Assembly: GCA_002269645.1 (NCBI GenBank)
Contig: NIVC01001045.1
Span: 62,001 to 126,000 of the forward strand
Length of the DNA stretch: 64,000 bases
Direction: 5' to 3'
Origin: Macrostomum lignano
Lineage: Eukaryota
Part shown: positions 49,846 to 64,000 of the stretch, piece by piece
How the letters are laid out: each line of letters begins with the position of its first letter
Position numbering within the stretch: the stretch's first letter is position 1
Program-made: the position numbers and the translations under genes
Notes under the pieces: generated by a model
What the model was told of the DNA's origin: nothing
Database searches by the model: none
Seen by the model: the letters and a program-made list of their open reading frames with translations, nothing else

Positions 49846-51430
49846 AATGTTTCCAATTTCTAACAATTATCGCACCTTACAGTATAAACTCACTCGCTAA
49901 GCTTAAATAAAGTGCATGTTGTGCTGTGAATTGTGAATTGTGAATAAGGTTTTTTACACTGTCAAGATATTTTCGTGGTCTTGTAATTATTATTTATCAA
50001 TATTACATATTAGCTATCTGGAATCAGTGGCTGAATTGTGTTTTTACAGCTTTTTAGATTAGCTTTTTGTTACACTTTGAGAGTAAAACAATATGTTCTT
50101 TTGTCTGAGACACTGCCCTACTTCAAGATTGGAGCTGTTTTTTATAATCTTCATATACTTGTTGCCAATCATACAACTATAGCAGAGTAATATAATATAA
50201 TATAATATAATATAATCCCTATATTATCAATAATGTTATTTATTATTAATAACACTTTAATTAATATACACATAAAATAAATTACTGTATGAATTCATTC
50301 CCACTGGTTATTGGTTTCCCTATATTGCTGCGTAATAGTACACGGCGACCTCTGATTTTCCCATTAACACCCTTAAAGCATGGGTATTACTATTATTGTG
50401 CCATAGACATTTGTGTCCTTGACAAAGTGGGACAAAATTAGCGAGCAGTTAAATTTGATTTATTAAATACGAAAAATACCTTCTACTAAACTTTTCACCC
50501 TTCTGATACTACTACTGCTGTAAAACAGTAGCATAATGCGTAATATATACGGACGACACGACCTAAGTTAGAATTTTAATTGAAAAAGAGATTTCAAAAA
50601 GTTTTGCGTTCGTTTTAACAACCCTATCGGCACTTTGATCTCATCTAGCTATAGGGTTACGAGTTTTTTTAGCAAAGAAGTCAAATCTTGGTTAGTAAAA
50701 CCAAGATGGTTAAATCTAGATTGAGTGCATCTGCCCTCTAATAGTGCATTTCTTTGACGATATTAGCACCACAATAATGTAGCTTTTCGAATGTACCAAC
50801 AAGGAAGACGCCAGTGCTCTCTATATACTCACTTGGTTGCGATTCCTGGGCTTGTTTGCGAATAAAATTGGACGGTCACTCTGTCATGCAATTCACACCC
50901 CATGAAGGCCAGCCTCCGATGAGGCTCAGACAGTGTACATGCCTGATGATTAGACAGTCAGGGCCACTGTGCACCCTGTGGATGTGCTCACGAGTGGGCG
51001 AAATGAGCAGCACACTGCCTTTCAACAGGTGCCACCATGGTGACTATACGGACACCCTGTTGATAAGTTAGAGGAAATATCTACAGCCTCGAATCCTCAC
51101 GATTTCAAACAGTTTCACTTCATCAACTGCATCTAAAAGCGTATAAGCAATAAAAGTAAATCCCCCGTGAAAGCCGTTCTCTGTCTTAACTAGTTCAGCT
51201 AGGCTAGTTCCTGTAAATCCAGCCAATTGGGCCACTTGTGAGGATTGGCAAGCGGGAAGCAAACTAGTTGCAGGGAAGCGAATAGGGGAGACGCTCCCGC
51301 CCCCATGCAGATCCCTGCAGTTCGGTATAAATGCTCGCACGGACTCCCTGCCCCCACCTCTGTTAGTGCAGGATCGCTGTCTTCTTTAGAATTAGCTAGA
51401 ACAGCAATACGCCGCAGAAAAAACTTGACA

Positions 51431-63318
<11,888 letters not shown>

Positions 63319-63454
63319 GTGAGCTTTACCATGAACTACCTCTGCTTTTGGTATCAAGCAGCATGCTTAGCATGGACTGCACTCATGGACACTAACACCC
63401 TGCAGACCTGGACCTGTTACGAGCGTACATGCGTTAAATAACACGGACGCTCAC

Positions 63455-63972
63455 ACATGTTAGACATGGACACTCACACCTGTTAGACATGGACACTCAC
63501 ACCTGTTAGACATGGACACTCACACCTGTTAGACATGGACACTCACACCTGTTAGACATGGACACTCACACATGTTAGACATGGACACTCGCACCTGTTA
63601 GACATGGACACTCACACCTGTTAGACATGGACACTCACACCTGTTAGACATGGACACTCACACCTGTTAGACATGGACACTCACACCTGTTAGACATGGA
63701 CACTCACACCTGTTAGACATGGACACTCACACCTGTTAGACATGGACAATCACACCTGTTAGACATGGACAATCACACCTGTTAGACATGGACACTCACA
63801 CATGTTAGACATGGACACTCACACCTGTTAGACATGGACACTCACACCTGTTAGACATGGACAATCACACCTGTTAGACATGGACACTCACACATGTTAG
63901 ACATGGACACTCACACCTGTTAGACATGGACACTCACACCTGTTAGACATGGACACTCACACCTGTTAGACT
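63455..63972 (+). repeat. 23-bp minisatellite in GPCR intron 2
   Basis: Unit CTCACACCTGTTAGACATGGACA. Confidence 0.95.
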
Positions 63973-64000
63973 CAATCACTCTCTATCTATCCCCTCCATC

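Noticed and set aside
48567-49910. Plus-strand ORFs over the LINE and antisense ORFs over PLD and WS/DGAT exons
   Set aside because: Antisense shadows of GC-rich coding sequence.
50685-50720. Helitron 3' end (9-bp hairpin ATCTTGGTT/AACCAAGAT then CTAG)
   Set aside because: CTAG is followed by A rather than T, the hairpin is AT-rich, and no matching 5' TC end was identified.

Overview
Eukaryotic (animal) genomic DNA with GT-AG introns, GC-rich exons and an extreme density of intronic/intergenic tandem repeats. The architecture resembles the flatworm Macrostomum, but that is inference. I rebuilt six spliced genes by hand, with matching intron phases. (1) The 3' end of a divergent Slo1/BK Ca2+-activated K+ channel (+, 1-3361). 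(2) A short IRF-family transcription factor (-, 5776-8011). (3) Mitochondrial IBA57 (-, 11060-14321). (4) A PLD1/2-type phospholipase D (+, 19634-37492) with a 1-nt frameshift just before the second HKD motif. (5) A membrane-anchored WS/DGAT-like protein whose HHxxxDG motif reads HACFGDG (+, 40166-47634). (6) The first two coding exons of an NPFF/SIFamide-like peptide GPCR (+, 51431 to beyond the window). Mobile DNA comprises a 5'-truncated RNase H-bearing non-LTR retrotransposon, two copies of a tRNA-derived CORE-type SINE (one with a 14-bp TSD) and weaker MITE/Helitron-like candidates. About 37 satellite arrays explain most long ORFs in the supplied track, which are artefacts. Best leads: the probable WS/DGAT pseudoenzyme, the IAD-less IRF lacking its fifth Trp, the PLD frameshift, and the intron-private minisatellites enriched for a GATC core.
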